From NCBI RefSeq assembly GCF_006345805.1, contig NC_042998.1:172422001-172486000 (forward strand): a stretch of DNA of 64,000 nt, in the 5' to 3' direction. The notes under the pieces were generated by a model. That model did not search any database and was not told the DNA's origin. It saw only the letters and a list, made by a program, of their open reading frames with translations. How positions within the stretch are numbered: position 1 is the stretch's first letter; the number at the start of each line of letters is the position of its first letter. Shown piece after piece: positions 49,146-62,600 of this stretch. The DNA is from Octopus sinensis (Eukaryota). Position numbers and translations under genes: made by a program.

Positions 49146-49560
49146 TATTTCTTTATTACCCACAAGGGGATAAACATAGAGGGGACAAACAAGGACAGAC
49201 ATAGGTATTAAGTCGATTATATCGACCCCAGTGCGTAACTGGTACTTAATTTATCGACCCCGGAAGGATGAAAGGCAAAGTCGACGTCGGCGGAATTTGA
49301 ACTCACAACGTAATGGCAGCCGAAATACCTATTTCTTTATTACCCACAAGGGGCTAAACATAGAGGGGACAAACAAGGACAGACATAGGTATTAAGTCGA
49401 TTACATCGACCCCAGTGCGTAACTGGTACTTATTTAATCGACCCCGGAAGGATGAAAGGCAAAGCCGACCGCGGCGGAATTTGAACTCAGAACGTAACGG
49501 CAGCCGAAATACCGCTAAGCATTCCGACCGGCGTGCTAACGATTCTGCCAGCTCGCCGCC
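49146..49560 (-). mobile_element. SINE family M dimer (184-bp period)
   Basis: 'gacagac' at 49194 and 49378; head ggcggcgagctggcagaatcg at 49560. Confidence 0.9.
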
Positions 49561-51185
49561 TTCGTACACACACATACCGCACTGACAAATATAGCACAAA
49601 CACAAACACACAGTGTCCCGATAAATACAAAAATACACACACATGCACACACACACATACGCACGCATACCTACATGCACATGCACACACCACTCTAACA
49701 AGCGCAACACACTCATACACACGCACTCCCACGCGCACATATATGCACATGCACATACGCATACCACCCTGACAAACGTAACGCACACAACTCTGACAAT
49801 TATAACACACACATACATACGCATGCACACACCCGTACATACACAGCGCCCTGACAAATATAACCCATACACATATATAAGCATACACACTTACATGCAT
49901 ACACAAACCATCCGGACAATTGTAACACACACGTACACAGACACACACACACATACCTACGTGCACGCACACACTTCCCTGACCAGGAACAAACATACAC
50001 ACATACACTTACACGCAAATACACACGCACACACTCACGCACATACATGCATACACACAAGCACACATGTAAACCACCCTGACAAACGTAACACACACAT
50101 AAAAATGCACATTCACACGAACATACACAACGCCCTGAGAAATATAACACACACATACACACGGATACACGTTAACACACACAGACAAGCACACACACAC
50201 ATACACGCACACACGCTTAACCACGTTCACGCACACACCGTCGTGACCAGAACAAACACATACGTAGACATATACGCATACACGCAAATACGCACCATTC
50301 TTTACTTGTGAGTCATACGTACAAACCCCAAAGCGCCAGCCAAAATTATTGAACCATATCAGAACCAGCTCACTAAACTAGCCTTTCTTGGCTCTACAGC
50401 AACTATTAGAAATAAGAACAGTCGTGAAATACCTTTCGATCATGTGACTGCCATCAACCATCCATACTATTTTCAGAGAGAAGCAATTCTAAGCCACCTT
50501 TTATAAAAAACAGAACCATCTTTTGATCACGTGGCTGCTATCAACCAACCACATTGTTTTTTTTAAAAAGAAGGCAATTTTGAGCCACCATTTCTGTATA
50601 AAATAATGCCAGCTATCAAATTCCAGCCTGATGCGAAACCCAACAGCCAGATCCGAGAACTATAAATGGTCTGTTATTTCTGTATTCACCTATTTTTTCA
50701 AATTAAGATGTTACAAACAATTATGGTTTCTGATCACAGTGAAACTAAAACTTTAGTACCCAGTGATTGACAAACCAGGCACGTCTTATCTCCTTGTTGA
50801 CAACTCTGTTACTTGATTTGAATAAATTTATTTAGATTAATTTTTATCTTCTTATCATTGTAAAAAGTCTTATTATCTGATCTAAATGTTTTCATGTAAA
50901 CTATTTTTTGTCTCATCACAGAGAATACAGAGCCTCAAATTTTTTCTTATCATTATCAAAGACGATATCACAAGATTTGAAAACATTTATGTAAACTAAA
51001 TTTTGACAGAACAGAAGATACAAAAAGACTAATACTATACTTTTGATTTTTTTTTTAAATAATTGAAACCGGTTTGGTTAATAGATACTTTAAAATGACT
51101 CCTGCATTTTCAGATTTTTCTCCTTATATTTTTACTCGTGTGGTAACCCCTAACTTTACTTTGGTTTGCTGTGATGCTCTTATGG

Positions 51186-51668
51186 TTACTGTATTGAAAG
51201 CGTTTTGCGTAAGACGTATGCAGTGCCCAGTAGTGCAATTTTCTGTGTGTTGTATATATTTGTAAGTCCTGGTGTTTTTTTATGTATTTGTCTGAATATT
51301 TTTTTATCATACCTAATGCACCCACTATGATAGGAATTGTTTCTCTTTTTGCATTTCACATTCGAGTTACCTCAATTTCCCGGTCTTTGTATTGAGAGTC
51401 AAGACTATTGAAAAGGTTGCAAGACGCAACGAAAATTTTAGGAAAATAAAAATAAAAATAAATGGAAATTTTATCGGTGAGTGTGTTAAATTACAAGGCA
51501 TAAAAAGAAAATGACTTTCCATAGACACAACAGAATATGCTTCAACACACGAACTCGCATAAAGAATCTTGCAAACCAAATCCAAAAACGAAATATATTT
51601 TGAAAGTTTCTCCGTTTCTTTTAGAAAAACGTTGTCATCTGCTGGTATTGATACATCAATTAGAAATC
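51186..51668 (-). mobile_element. R4/Dong-like RLE domain fragments
   Basis: FLIDVSIPADDNVFLKETEKLSKY (51668-51590) and YKDREIEVTRM...IPIIVGALGMIKK...LLGTAYVLRKTLSIQ* (51400-51186). Confidence 0.8.
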
Positions 51669-51988
51669 TTCTTCTTCTTCTTCTTTTTCTTCTCTTCTTC
51701 TTCTTCTTCTTCTTCTTCTTCTTCTTCTTCTTCTTCTTCTTCTTCTTCTTCTTCTCCTTCTTCTTCTTCTTCTTCTTCTTCTTCTTCTCTTCTTCTTCTT
51801 CTCCTTCTTCTTCTTCTTCTTCTTCTTCTTCTTCTTCTTCTTCTTCTTCTTCTTTTTCTTCTTCTTCTTTCTCCTCCTCCTCCTTCTTCATTTTGTTTAC
51901 CATGTATAAGTACGTGTGTATTACACATTTTATTTTTATTCAATTTAGAAGAATTGAAACATTCCGGAGCGTGTTGTTTTTTGGCTCA

Positions 51989-52047
<59 letters not shown>

Positions 52048-54021
52048 CACACAACAAGACATATACATACGCACACACACACATAAAAATGAATTGAAAA
52101 TGAGGAAAGAACAGAACACTTGAAAGAAAAATGGTAATCGATGCTAATCGAACAGTTTGCCGAAGGCATACACAAAAACAAGGGGAGACGTGTGAAGATA
52201 GTATCGCTTGAAAGTTGATGACACGAAAGAGGAAATTTAATTTTGTCAAACACCTTTTGGCAATTTTCTGACCAATTCAACTTCATATCTTTTTTCAGCA
52301 AATTATTAGGTCGAACCCTAACATTATGCATATTTAAAATATAATTTTGGTAATAATTTGCCAGTTAGTCGGAGGCGGCCTATTTGTAATTGCGCCTGTC
52401 CTCGACGAGTCAGGTCATCGTCCATTTCAATCAATAATTTGTCCTAAATATCTTATTTCTGGTAAGAAAAATTCACACTTTTCTTGACACAAGGTAAAGC
52501 CGTAATCAATAATTGTTTCAAATACATATATTACGTGCTCAACGTGTTGATCCCGGGATTCGCTTTTAAAGAGTATATCATTCAGATATGGAATTGCAAA
52601 TTCTAAGTTCGCTAACATTGCATCTATAATCTGTTAAAAATCGCTGGTGCGACTTTTAAACCGAATGGTAACCTGTTGTTGTAGTTATACAGTCCTTTAC
52701 ATAATCTTAATTATTAGGTATTTCGAGCATTCATCGTCTACTCTAATTTGTAGGTACGCGTTAGAGAGATCCAATTTGGAAAATATCTTTCCACAGTTTA
52801 ATTTTGCAAAAATATCCTTCGGAGTAGGTAGCGGATAGTGGCACGTTTTAAGACGTTCATTTAACCTAGTGGAAAAACCAGCGCACACTCTGATTTTATT
52901 CTTTTTTTTCTTAGTATACACAGTTTGTGCCGCCCGTTTAGAATATTCCGTTTTTGGAAAACTCCAAGTTTTTCTAGTCTCTCTAGTTCTTCATTGACTT
53001 GCTTCATCGTTGCGAAGGGTACCATTGTTTCATCGCTGCGAAGGGTACGTTTTGGTTTGTATACAGGTATGGCGTTTTCTTTTATTTAATAACACACCTT
53101 TGTCTTGGTACACAGACCTAATTTATCGGACAGAACTTCAAGAAAGATAGTTTTTTACTTTTCCTTTTATTTCGTCTGACGACTTGTTTTTACTGGAGGA
53201 AAAACCATTTATATTTTTGCAGAACAGATTTATAGGAAGGTCCCATAAATTAAACAATTCCATCAAGTCAGTACCGAAGACGTTTGTTGTATTATTTAAC
53301 ACGAACACTTTTGTTTTCAAGGTTTTATCTCGAAATGTAACCTCAGTTATTTTTTTGACCCAAAACTGCAATTTTTTTTCCCTGTGACACCTTTCACAAT
53401 TTTTAAAGTTTCCATCAATGTAAGCTTTCCTATTTTCTCCATGTGTCAGTGTTAATAGTTGTAATATCCCTGCTTGTATCTAGCTGTAATTTCACGTTCA
53501 CATTATTAATTTTTATGTACGCAAACTTTCTATTGTGAATCTATCCTTGACTTTCTGTGAGAAAATCTCTCCAGAATTTTTTTCCCGTTCCACCTTTCTT
53601 TTACTCTGCATTGTGAGCTTTTATGTCCGACGTTCTGATAGTTAAAACATTTAAAATTTTTAAACAGAGTTACTTTTAAAATGTAGATCTCCGAACTTAT
53701 AGTATCGATTGGGTCTTCGTCTTCATTTTTGAAGCAGTTGTCATCTGCTGGTATTGATACATCAATTAGAAATCTTCTTCTTTTTCTTCTTCTTCTTCAT
53801 CTTCTTCTTCTTCTTCTTCTTCTTCTTCTTCTTCTTCTTCTTCTTCTTCTTCTTCTTCTTCTCTTCTTCTTCTTCTTCTTCTTCTTCTTCTTCTTCTTCA
53901 TTTTGTTTACCATGTATAAGTACGTGTGTATTACTCATTATTTTATTTGTTTTATTCAATTTTAGAAGAGTTGAAACATTCCGGAGCGTGTTATTTTTTG
54001 GCTCACCATTTATTTATACAC

Positions 54022-54080
<59 letters not shown>

Positions 54081-55758
54081 TATATATAGAGAGGTAGATA
54101 GATACAGATATATATACATACACACACACATATATATATATAAATGAATTGAAAATGAGGATGGAACAGAACATTTGAAAGAAAAATGGTAATCGATGCC
54201 AATCTAATAGTTTGCCGAAGGCATACACAAAAACAAGGGGAGACGTGTGAGGATAGTATCGCTTGAAAGTTGATGACACGAAAGAGGAAATATAATTTCG
54301 TCAAACGCCTTTTGGCAATTTTCTGACCAATTCAACTTCATATCTTTTTTCAGCAAATTATTAGGTCGAACCCTAACATTATGCATATTTAAAATATAAT
54401 TTTGGTAATAATTTGCCAGTTAGTCGGAGGCGGCCTATTTGTAATTGCGCCTGTCCTCGACGAGTCAGGTCATTGTCCATTTCAATCAATAATTTGTCCT
54501 AAATATCTTATTTCTGGTAAGAAAAATTCACACTTTTCTTGACACAAGGTAAAGCCGTAATCAATAATTGTTTCAAATACATATATTACGTGCTCAACGT
54601 GTTGATCCCGGGAATCGCTTTTAAAGAGTATATCATTCAGATATGGAATTGCAAATTCTAAGTTCGCTAACATTGCATCTATAATCTGTTAAAAATCGCT
54701 GGTGCGACTTTTAAATCGAATGGTAACCTGTTGTTGTAGTTATACAGTCCTTTACATAATCTTAATTATTAGGTATTTCGAGCATTCATCGTCTACTCTA
54801 ATTTGTAGGTACGCGTCAGAGAGATCCAATTTGGAAAATATATTTCCACCGCTTAATTTTGCAAAAATATCCTTCGGGGTAGGTAGCGGATAGTGGCACG
54901 TTTTAAGACATTCATTTAACCTAGTGGAAAAAATCAGCGCACACTCTGATTTTATTATTCTTTTTTTTAGTATACACAGTTTGTGCCGTCCGTTTAGAAT
55001 ATTCCGTTTTTTGGATAACTCCAAGTAAAAACTCTCTAGTTCTTCATTGACTTGCTTTATCGCTGCGAAGAGTACGTTTTGGTTTGTATACGGGTATGGT
55101 GTTTTCTTTTATTTCATAACACACGTTTGTCTTGGTACACATACTAAATTTATCGGACAGAACTTCAAGAAAGATAGTTTTTTACTTTTCCTTTTATTTC
55201 GTCTGACGACTTGTTTTTACTGGAGGAAAAACCATTTATATTTTTGCAGAACAGATTTATAGGAAGGTCCAATAAATTAAACAATTCCATCCAGTCAGTA
55301 CCGAAGACGTTTGTTGCATTATTTAGCACGAACACTTTTGTTTTCAAGGTCTTACCTCGAAATGTAACCTCAGTTATCATTTTGACCCAAAACTGTAATT
55401 TTTTTTCCTGTGACACCTTTCGCAATTTTTAAAGTTTCCATCAATGTAAGCTTTCCTATTTTTTCCATGTGTCACTGTTAATAGTTGTAATATCCCTGCT
55501 TGTATCTAGCTGTAATTTCACGTTCACATTATTAATTTTTATGTACAAAAACTTTCTATTGTGAGACTCGCCTAGACTTTCTTTTGAGAAAACCTCTCCA
55601 GAATTTTTTTCCGTTCCACCCTTCTTTTACTCTGCATTGTGATCTTTTATGCCCGACGTTTTGATAGTTAAAACATTTAAAATTTTTAAACGGACAGTTA
55701 TTTTTAAAATGTAGATCTCCGCAACTATAGTATAGGTTGGGTCTTCGTCTTCATTTTT
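51631..55758. repeat. Direct tandem duplication, ~2.1-kb unit (51631-53729; 53737-55758)
   Basis: Both units start gttgtcatctgctggtattgatacatc and end gggtcttcgtcttcatttt; period 2106 bp. Confidence 0.93.
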
Positions 55759-56880
55759 CTTTTTCTTTATCCGTTACAGATCGACCCGCATGACGTGAGA
55801 GTAATCCTTTTCTTCGATTTTATTTGCGACATGTCGTAGATTAATAATTCTTTAACATTTTTCTGCCACTACCTGCAAAGTCAAATTCTAGTCCTGTTCT
55901 AATTTTGTCAATATCCATGCACGTATCTCTGCATCTTTGCTTGCAGTTAACTCTTGAGCAAAAATCAGACATTTGAACATGTCCGGAGTTAATTCTTTTA
56001 GTCTGAAGTTTTCGCATTCTCAATTGAGGACTCCGGCATAAGTGACGAAATGTCCATCATCTTTTTTTGCTAAATTCAAAAACTTCCAGCGAGTATTGAA
56101 CAGAGAACTTCTCTCACGGAAAATTTTCGATAACAATCTTGTTTCATCGAAACAAATTTCACATGTTTTTTTTATTTTGGCAGAATGTAGTTACAGTATT
56201 TTTCGTGCTCAGTAGGGGATAATTTTCTTAAACGTAGTCATACCTTTTTATTGTCCCTCCAATTTTTGCATTCCTCTTTGAAGATTTCTTCATATCTTCG
56301 GATATATGCAGCAAAAGTAATACCTTCTTCTGGGTTATAGCTAAATTCTGCAATTGCGTTTACTACGCCGTCTGGCAAGAACTAACCTGGAGTATTATTG
56401 GACTTCAACATTAATTCTAGCAACTATTGGTATTGTTGTTGTTGTTGCAATTGTTACTGTAACTGATGTTGCTGTGGCAGCTGTTACTGTTGCAACTGCA
56501 CCACGGAGGCTAATGAATCTTCCCCGTTAACTAATTTATCTTTGATTTTTGTAAAAAAAAAATGTTAGTGCCCGACATAAGCTTCGAATAAATACGTCAC
56601 CACTTTTATAAATGGATATCCTTCTATGCGTTGGGTATACAGGTTTCACGAAGCGGGGATAGACACGACTGTATTCACACGACGTACTTCAAATTACTCT
56701 ACTAAACATAATACTCCAATAGATAAAACTCTCAACGAGCTCAACGACTTCCTATGATTTCCACGAACTCTCAACTCCTACGACTGTTCTCTGCTCTCAA
56801 CCAATACGCTACTTTTTATAAGAGTTCGGCTAGTCCTTTTTTCCAATTCCACAGGGGTGTCAATGACTCTCGTCACAACA
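52250..56880 (-). mobile_element. Decayed Gypsy LTR retrotransposon (LTR, PBS, gag, protease, RT; pol duplicated)
   Basis: LTR ~56880-56607 starting TGTTGTGACG with TATAAAA; PBS TGGTGACG at 56602-56595; protease LQLDTSRDIT; RT YPLPTPKDIFAKL..GKIFSKLDLS.AYLQI and PYLNDIL, KCEFFLPEIRYLGQIID in both duplicate units. Confidence 0.85.
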
Positions 56881-56889
56881 CATAGGATG

Positions 56890-57900
56890 CAAGATCTGTA
56901 TTGTCAATGAGAACAGTTTGGGATGGTACATCGAACAGTAAAGTGAATCCTTGCTTGCCGCTGTTAGAATTAACAATATAATACCGACCGAAAATTTGAT
57001 GCATCCACAAATATTTAAGAAACGAGATGAAGTAGAAGGAGTAAATAACTAGAAAAAGAAGGGAAAAGACAAGATCAGCACTTAGAGATAGCTAAGAAAG
57101 AATGATCTGAAAGGATGCACTGAGGCATTGATATGCAGTGCCCAAGAACAAGCTCTGGGAATTAATTACTCCAAGTTCCAAATAGATAAGAGTAGCGAAT
57201 CGCCCCTTTGTAGGATATATGGCAGCAGAAATAAAACAATCTCATATATTGTGAGTGTAGCAATCTGGCCAAAAAGCACTATAAAAAGGAGCACGATAAT
57301 GTGGCTAAGTTCGTCCACTGGAGGCTATGTGAAAAGGACGGCCTGAATAGAGCACGGAAATGGTACTTACATGAACCAGAAGAGGTCACTGAGAATAACT
57401 AAAATAAAATATCGTGCGATTTTACAATCCAATGTGACTCCTTAATCGAGGCTCGGAGACAAGATATTGTTGTGGGAGATGAGGGAAAAAAACATGGGGA
57501 TGCACGCATAAGTGAAAAAGAACCAGAAAAGATTGAAAAGTACAGACAACTAAAATACGAAATTATAAGAATGTGGATTATGAGAAGAGTGTCTGTCATT
57601 CCAGTAGTTGTTGGGACACGTGGAGCACTAACAACCGAGTTCGAGAAATATGTCAAAGAAATCGGAATTGACACAAGAGCAGAGCAAGCCATAAAAACTG
57701 CCCTGCTGGAGACAGCTAGGATTTTGAGCTTGGTACTTGGATGTTATATGTCTCCCACGGTAATTAGCAACTAAGTAACAAAGCTTATAATGTGTAGAAA
57801 GAGACCCTGTGAGACCTCTGACAGCAGGCTGCTGTCCGCTCTCCCAAGATCTACCAGAACAAACAAGACCGAACGTTCTGAGAAGCAAAACAACAACAAC
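56890..57900 (+). mobile_element. R4/Dong-like RLE non-LTR retrotransposon, 3' part (copy 1)
   Basis: ENSLGWY, ICSAQEQAL, SPLCRI, IQCD...RRQDIV, EKIEKY, VIPVVVGTRG, LLETARILSLVL*; ends in (AAC)n(AAT)n. Confidence 0.88.
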
Positions 57901-57909
57901 AACAATAAT

Positions 57910-58720
57910 AATGGTGGACAATTTCAAAGGGACAATTTCAAAGGGACAATTTCAAAGGGACAGATAAAAAAGATGGTTATCGATGACTAAAAGATTTCTA
58001 ATCTGCGCTGCCCAGGAGCAAGCATTAAGAACCAATTACATCAAATACGGAATAGACAATACATCAAAAAGTGGTAAGTGAAGAATCCAAGGACAAAATG
58101 GTGAAACCGTATGGCATATTACCAGTCAATGTACGCCACTAGCCAAGGTAGAATATAAGAGACGGCATGACAATATAGCAAGGATTGTCCATTGGACACT
58201 TTGCAACAAGTATGGACTTGACAGAGGAAAAACGTGGTACGAACATAAACCCGAAAGCATCATCGAAAATGATAATGAAAAATCCTATGGAATTTTATGA
58301 TTCAGTGCGACCATGAGATAGAGAATGTGAAACCAGACATAGTGTTGAGAAAGAAAGCAAACGATGCTGGATCATATATATATATAGCATGCCCAGCTGA
58401 CAAGGTATGCGATAAAGAAGAAAGAAAAGTCGATAGGTATGACAAGTTAGCTTCGGAGGTAAAGCAGTTGTGGTCGATGAAACAGATGATAGTGGTACCA
58501 ATAATTGTCGGAGCCCTGGTAACAGTGAGTAAAAATCTCGAGAAGTACATAGAACAAATATGGGCTGCAATAAGGGTTGAGCAGTTGCAGAAAACAGTAC
58601 TGCTTGGAACCGCTCGAATAGTCCGGAAGGTGCTCGAAAACTAAGAGGTGTTACCTTAGTTCACTGGTAGTGAACATCTGACACCGTAGTACATCTCCAG
58701 CGTTAGAAGCTGTTCAAAGA
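57910..58720 (+). mobile_element. R4/Dong-like RLE non-LTR retrotransposon, 3' part (copy 2)
   Basis: ICAAQEQALRTNYIK, YKRRHDNIARIVHW, IQCDHEIENVKPDIV, IACPAD, KVDRYDKL, VVPIIVGAL, LLGTARIVRKVLEN*; followed by (AAT)n. Confidence 0.9.
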
Positions 58721-58721
58721 C

Positions 58722-58782
<61 letters not shown>

Positions 58783-58809
58783 TAATAATAATAATAATAA
58801 CAACAACAA

Positions 58810-58988
58810 CAACATCGGAAAAATACCTAGGAATGAGAACCCAGGTTTGAAATTGCCCCGGGACAGCTGATGAAGACTGGAGTGTACGTCAGCCGAAATG
58901 TTGTTTTAACAATAAACAAGACGAGGACAAATATCCGCCAAATGTAAATAATGTAAATAATTCCTCATCTCTTAAATATAGAACTGTA
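58810..58988 (+). mobile_element. PLE pseudo-LTR with decayed hammerhead (core 58867-58902)
   Basis: CTGATGA-a-gactg..cagcc-GAAATGTT; homologous to 26454-26600. Confidence 0.75.
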
Positions 58989-58994
58989 GCGGCT

Positions 58995-59540
58995 ATGCAG
59001 TACCAGACAGCAGCTCTCATGGCTTCTGATCTTAACTGACTTGAAGTGCATCATGTACATTGTTTTGTCTTGGTATAAAAATGGGCAACAGCAAATATTC
59101 TGCTCAGTACCACAGATTTGCTTGTAAGTTGTTTGACCATAACCAGTTGAGCACATCCCTTAGTGGCTGACGATATGTGCATCTCTGATCACGAGCAGAA
59201 GTAGTGGGGGAGCATAATAGCCATGAGTTGAGAGGAATTCTTTGGAGTTTGGATAATTCACCTCCGGAAACATGGGTGTTTCATTCAACATCCTTAAACA
59301 ATCCTTATTCAGGGACCTTTTGAGCGGGATGGGCTACTCAGTCTGAAGAAAATTGTAACTAGACCCCATCTGCAAGGTCATGTGCTGTTAATCTTCATAT
59401 GAGATCACCTTGTCGCGCACATATGGTTGTGATGCATGTGCCCGGTGTACCCTTATCAGACGGGTAGCCATGATGGGTATACTGAGCTCCGTATATTTTA
59501 CCCCAGTGTCACTTTGATGGCATGCGCTGCTCTCTCACTC
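58995..59540. mobile_element. ~550-bp non-coding interspersed element, copy 2
   Basis: Homologous to 25865-26420; followed by (GAT)n(AAT)n. Confidence 0.85.
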
Positions 59541-59562
59541 AATGACGATGATGATGATAATG

Positions 59563-59627
<65 letters not shown>

Positions 59628-62600
59628 CATGTCACGTTTATAAATCCCAACACCTCTTCGTCTATTACTGCCAACGGCGGGCCACAAATCTGTTTTTCAC
59701 ACAGACTGTAGCCCACCGCTAGCAGCAATAGGTGAAGGGTTGCTAGGGTTCATATACACTACTTGCATTTTTGAGAATCTCGATGTAAAGGCCTGTCTGC
59801 TTTGCACAATTATTCAACCTAACATTTTCTTTCTAGAGGTGATCTCTGTTCGTGGATAGGGCGGCCATGTTATTCTTTATAGACAGTATCTAAATTGGAA
59901 GAAAATGGTTCACTGGAATACTCTGGGCTTATTTGATGTGATCTTACACATGATGAAGCCGATGATGGCGGTCGTGATGATGATGATGAGGAGGATGTCA
60001 CAAATCAAATTTCTGCAATTACTCACGCCCAGGTATCTGTTAATAGGAAAATGGCTATCAATCTTCTCATGGAAAGCAAATAACGGTGTACGCGTAATCA
60101 TGTAATGTAAACGATGCTCATAAGATTCATGCACACTCGTAATTTTTCCCCAAAATTAGTCTTTATATGATAAACGCGCTTTGACAAAAGACAACCCTTA
60201 ATTTTCAAAAATAATGTTGATGTGATTTTTTAAAAAGTGTTTATCTTATTAGAATAATGTTTGGAAGTATCACATGAACGTCGTTTACATTACACGTACA
60301 TAATTATTTGGCGCTATCAGAAAAGGTTGATATCCATTGAGGCGAATAGAAATTTGTGATGAATGGCAAAATGGACATTATTGTTAAAGGTTGATTTGTG
60401 CATGAATTCACCGTATCCCACCACAACAACCAGCATCAGCATTATCATCGTCATGATCATATAACTACCATCATCTCGTCCCACTTCTCATTATCATTGC
60501 TGTGGCCATCATCGTCGTCATTATCATAATTTGTTGTGAGTAGTTGCAGTAGGTATACCACAATGAGTTCTGTAATTATTTATGTAAAAAGGTGAAATTA
60601 ACCCGAGAGGAAGTCATAAAGGCACCGTCTTTTGTTATATGCTTAGGTTCTAGAATAAATGTATTTATACGTGACTAAATAAGTAAGATCTAATGAGATT
60701 ATGGCTCTGCCAAGAAAATGTCTAAAATTTATTAGCCCAATAACTCTATTTCAGCTTGAATTATGGCAGAAGCACGTCTTTTAGAGATATGTTTCGAAGA
60801 TAGCGATAATATATATGATTCAAGTTTTATAATACTTATCTGCGTTATTATAGGTGAGTGCGTACATCTTTACAATACATTATTGTTAGAAACCTAAACA
60901 AATAATTTCTGATCCGTGTAACTGATACGGAAACAAATCAATTGTATTTTTTGGCTTCACAAATGACTGATATTTCACTGCTTTTTTTTTTCAGATAAAT
61001 AGTTAGGCATTCGTAGAGAAACTGAGGGTGGTCAATAACAAGATGTTTTTACAATTTCTTTACTTTCATGCAAAAGAATAAATCGAAAGAAATTTTCAAT
61101 TACTTAGCTTCTATCCCATTATTTAAATACATTATGTACATATAAGCTGCCTGCAAGTATTATATACATAGTCACAACAGAATCAAAATCATTTTCTATA
61201 AAATTAATACCAATGACCTTTTCCCCTGTGCGTATCGTATATTCACATAGACGTAAAATTCGCAAAGACTGCATGGGTGAAGATAGTCTTCCCAACATGT
61301 GGTTTAATTCGTTTTTCAAATCATTCTCTAATAATTAGAAGTTTGCGTGTTAAAATGTTTGGGTGCAAAACCTCGTCTCGACTATTAGTTTTATGGTCAA
61401 ATTTGAAAAGTTAAGTAGTGACTATCTTACTGATTTAGTTATTAGTCACTGTCTTAAAGCAGTTATTTGTCACTATCTTAGAAGCCATTCAAATGTTTAA
61501 CCAGATTTTAGAGAAGTGGGTTGCTTAAATGTTAGTAATTCTGTTAATCCGGTCACATTTTAAAGTCATAGTCTTAATTATATCAAGTTTCACAATCGTG
61601 AAACTGGATATTAGATTTTTAACCGTTTGTATTCCGCACAGGAATATACTTGAGAGAATACTGTTTGAAGCTAAAGTTTATAGACTTTAAAATGTTATTG
61701 TAGACCTATATATTTCATGCAAACAGCTTTAGAATACAGTGTGGCTATGTCGGCACAAAAAATAGACGTAAGAAATAAATAAAAAAGTGACGATAATTCG
61801 AAATTATTGATTTCAGTTCCCCTGAAACTTTCCGAAATGGAAATGATATTTGTCAGTTCATTCAAATGAGCTTTTAATGGCTTGTGAATGTAATAAAGTA
61901 GGTTAGAGACTTCGTGGTTTAGTGTCTTCTTAATCAATTGCTTCGTCATAGGCCACAAGTCTCGGTTGCTGGGGTGGGAAGCAACACTAATTACTGACTT
62001 CTCTGACAACAGACCTAGTCTAAATACTAGCAACAGAGTGGACTCTGTTACAGGTACTCAAGGAGCAAGGTGGTAATGTTGAAACAAATGACAAATTGAG
62101 TCTACAAGTAGGATATAGCTGAGTTTGGACTTAGAACACAAATAACTAGAACAAATACTGCAAGGCATCTGATCCAACTTTCGTAAATTTCTTCTCTAGA
62201 TTGATATTTTTTTATAGATGCCTTTATATGAAAAAAATTATTTTATGACCCTTTAGTTTCCTATTTTTTAATTCAGTCAAAGGAAGCGTTGGAGTTGAAA
62301 ATATTCAAAGAATTAATGTTTCAGATATTTTTCAAAATTAATTTTGACTCTAAATTACCATATTGCTTAAGCATTTCTCATCAATTTCACACAGTGGCTA
62401 CAATTGCTAAGCAACTTTGATATCGCAAATGAAAGTTAGTCAATCGTGAAATAGTTTCATAAAGTCCATTGAAAAACCCGTTTATTTTCCTTTCTTTCAT
62501 TCAGATCACGAATAGGAAAGTATCTAATGAACATAGTCTTCTACGTCTATTTATTTCATCTTTTAATCAACTGCAGATGAAAGCTGCAGCTATGGAAGAC

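Larger units (their letters stand above)
47237..51123. repeat. Long inverted-repeat cassette (arms 47237-48040 and 50293-51123)
   Basis: For example, 47585-47640 ctgggtactaaagttttagtttcactgtgatcagaaaccataattgtttg is the reverse complement of ~50712-50765; similarity extends ~0.8 kb. Confidence 0.9.

Noticed and set aside
59910-60134. 74-aa ORF with an apparent transmembrane helix (LLIIIITTAII)
   Set aside because: The helix derives from a decayed (GAT)n repeat
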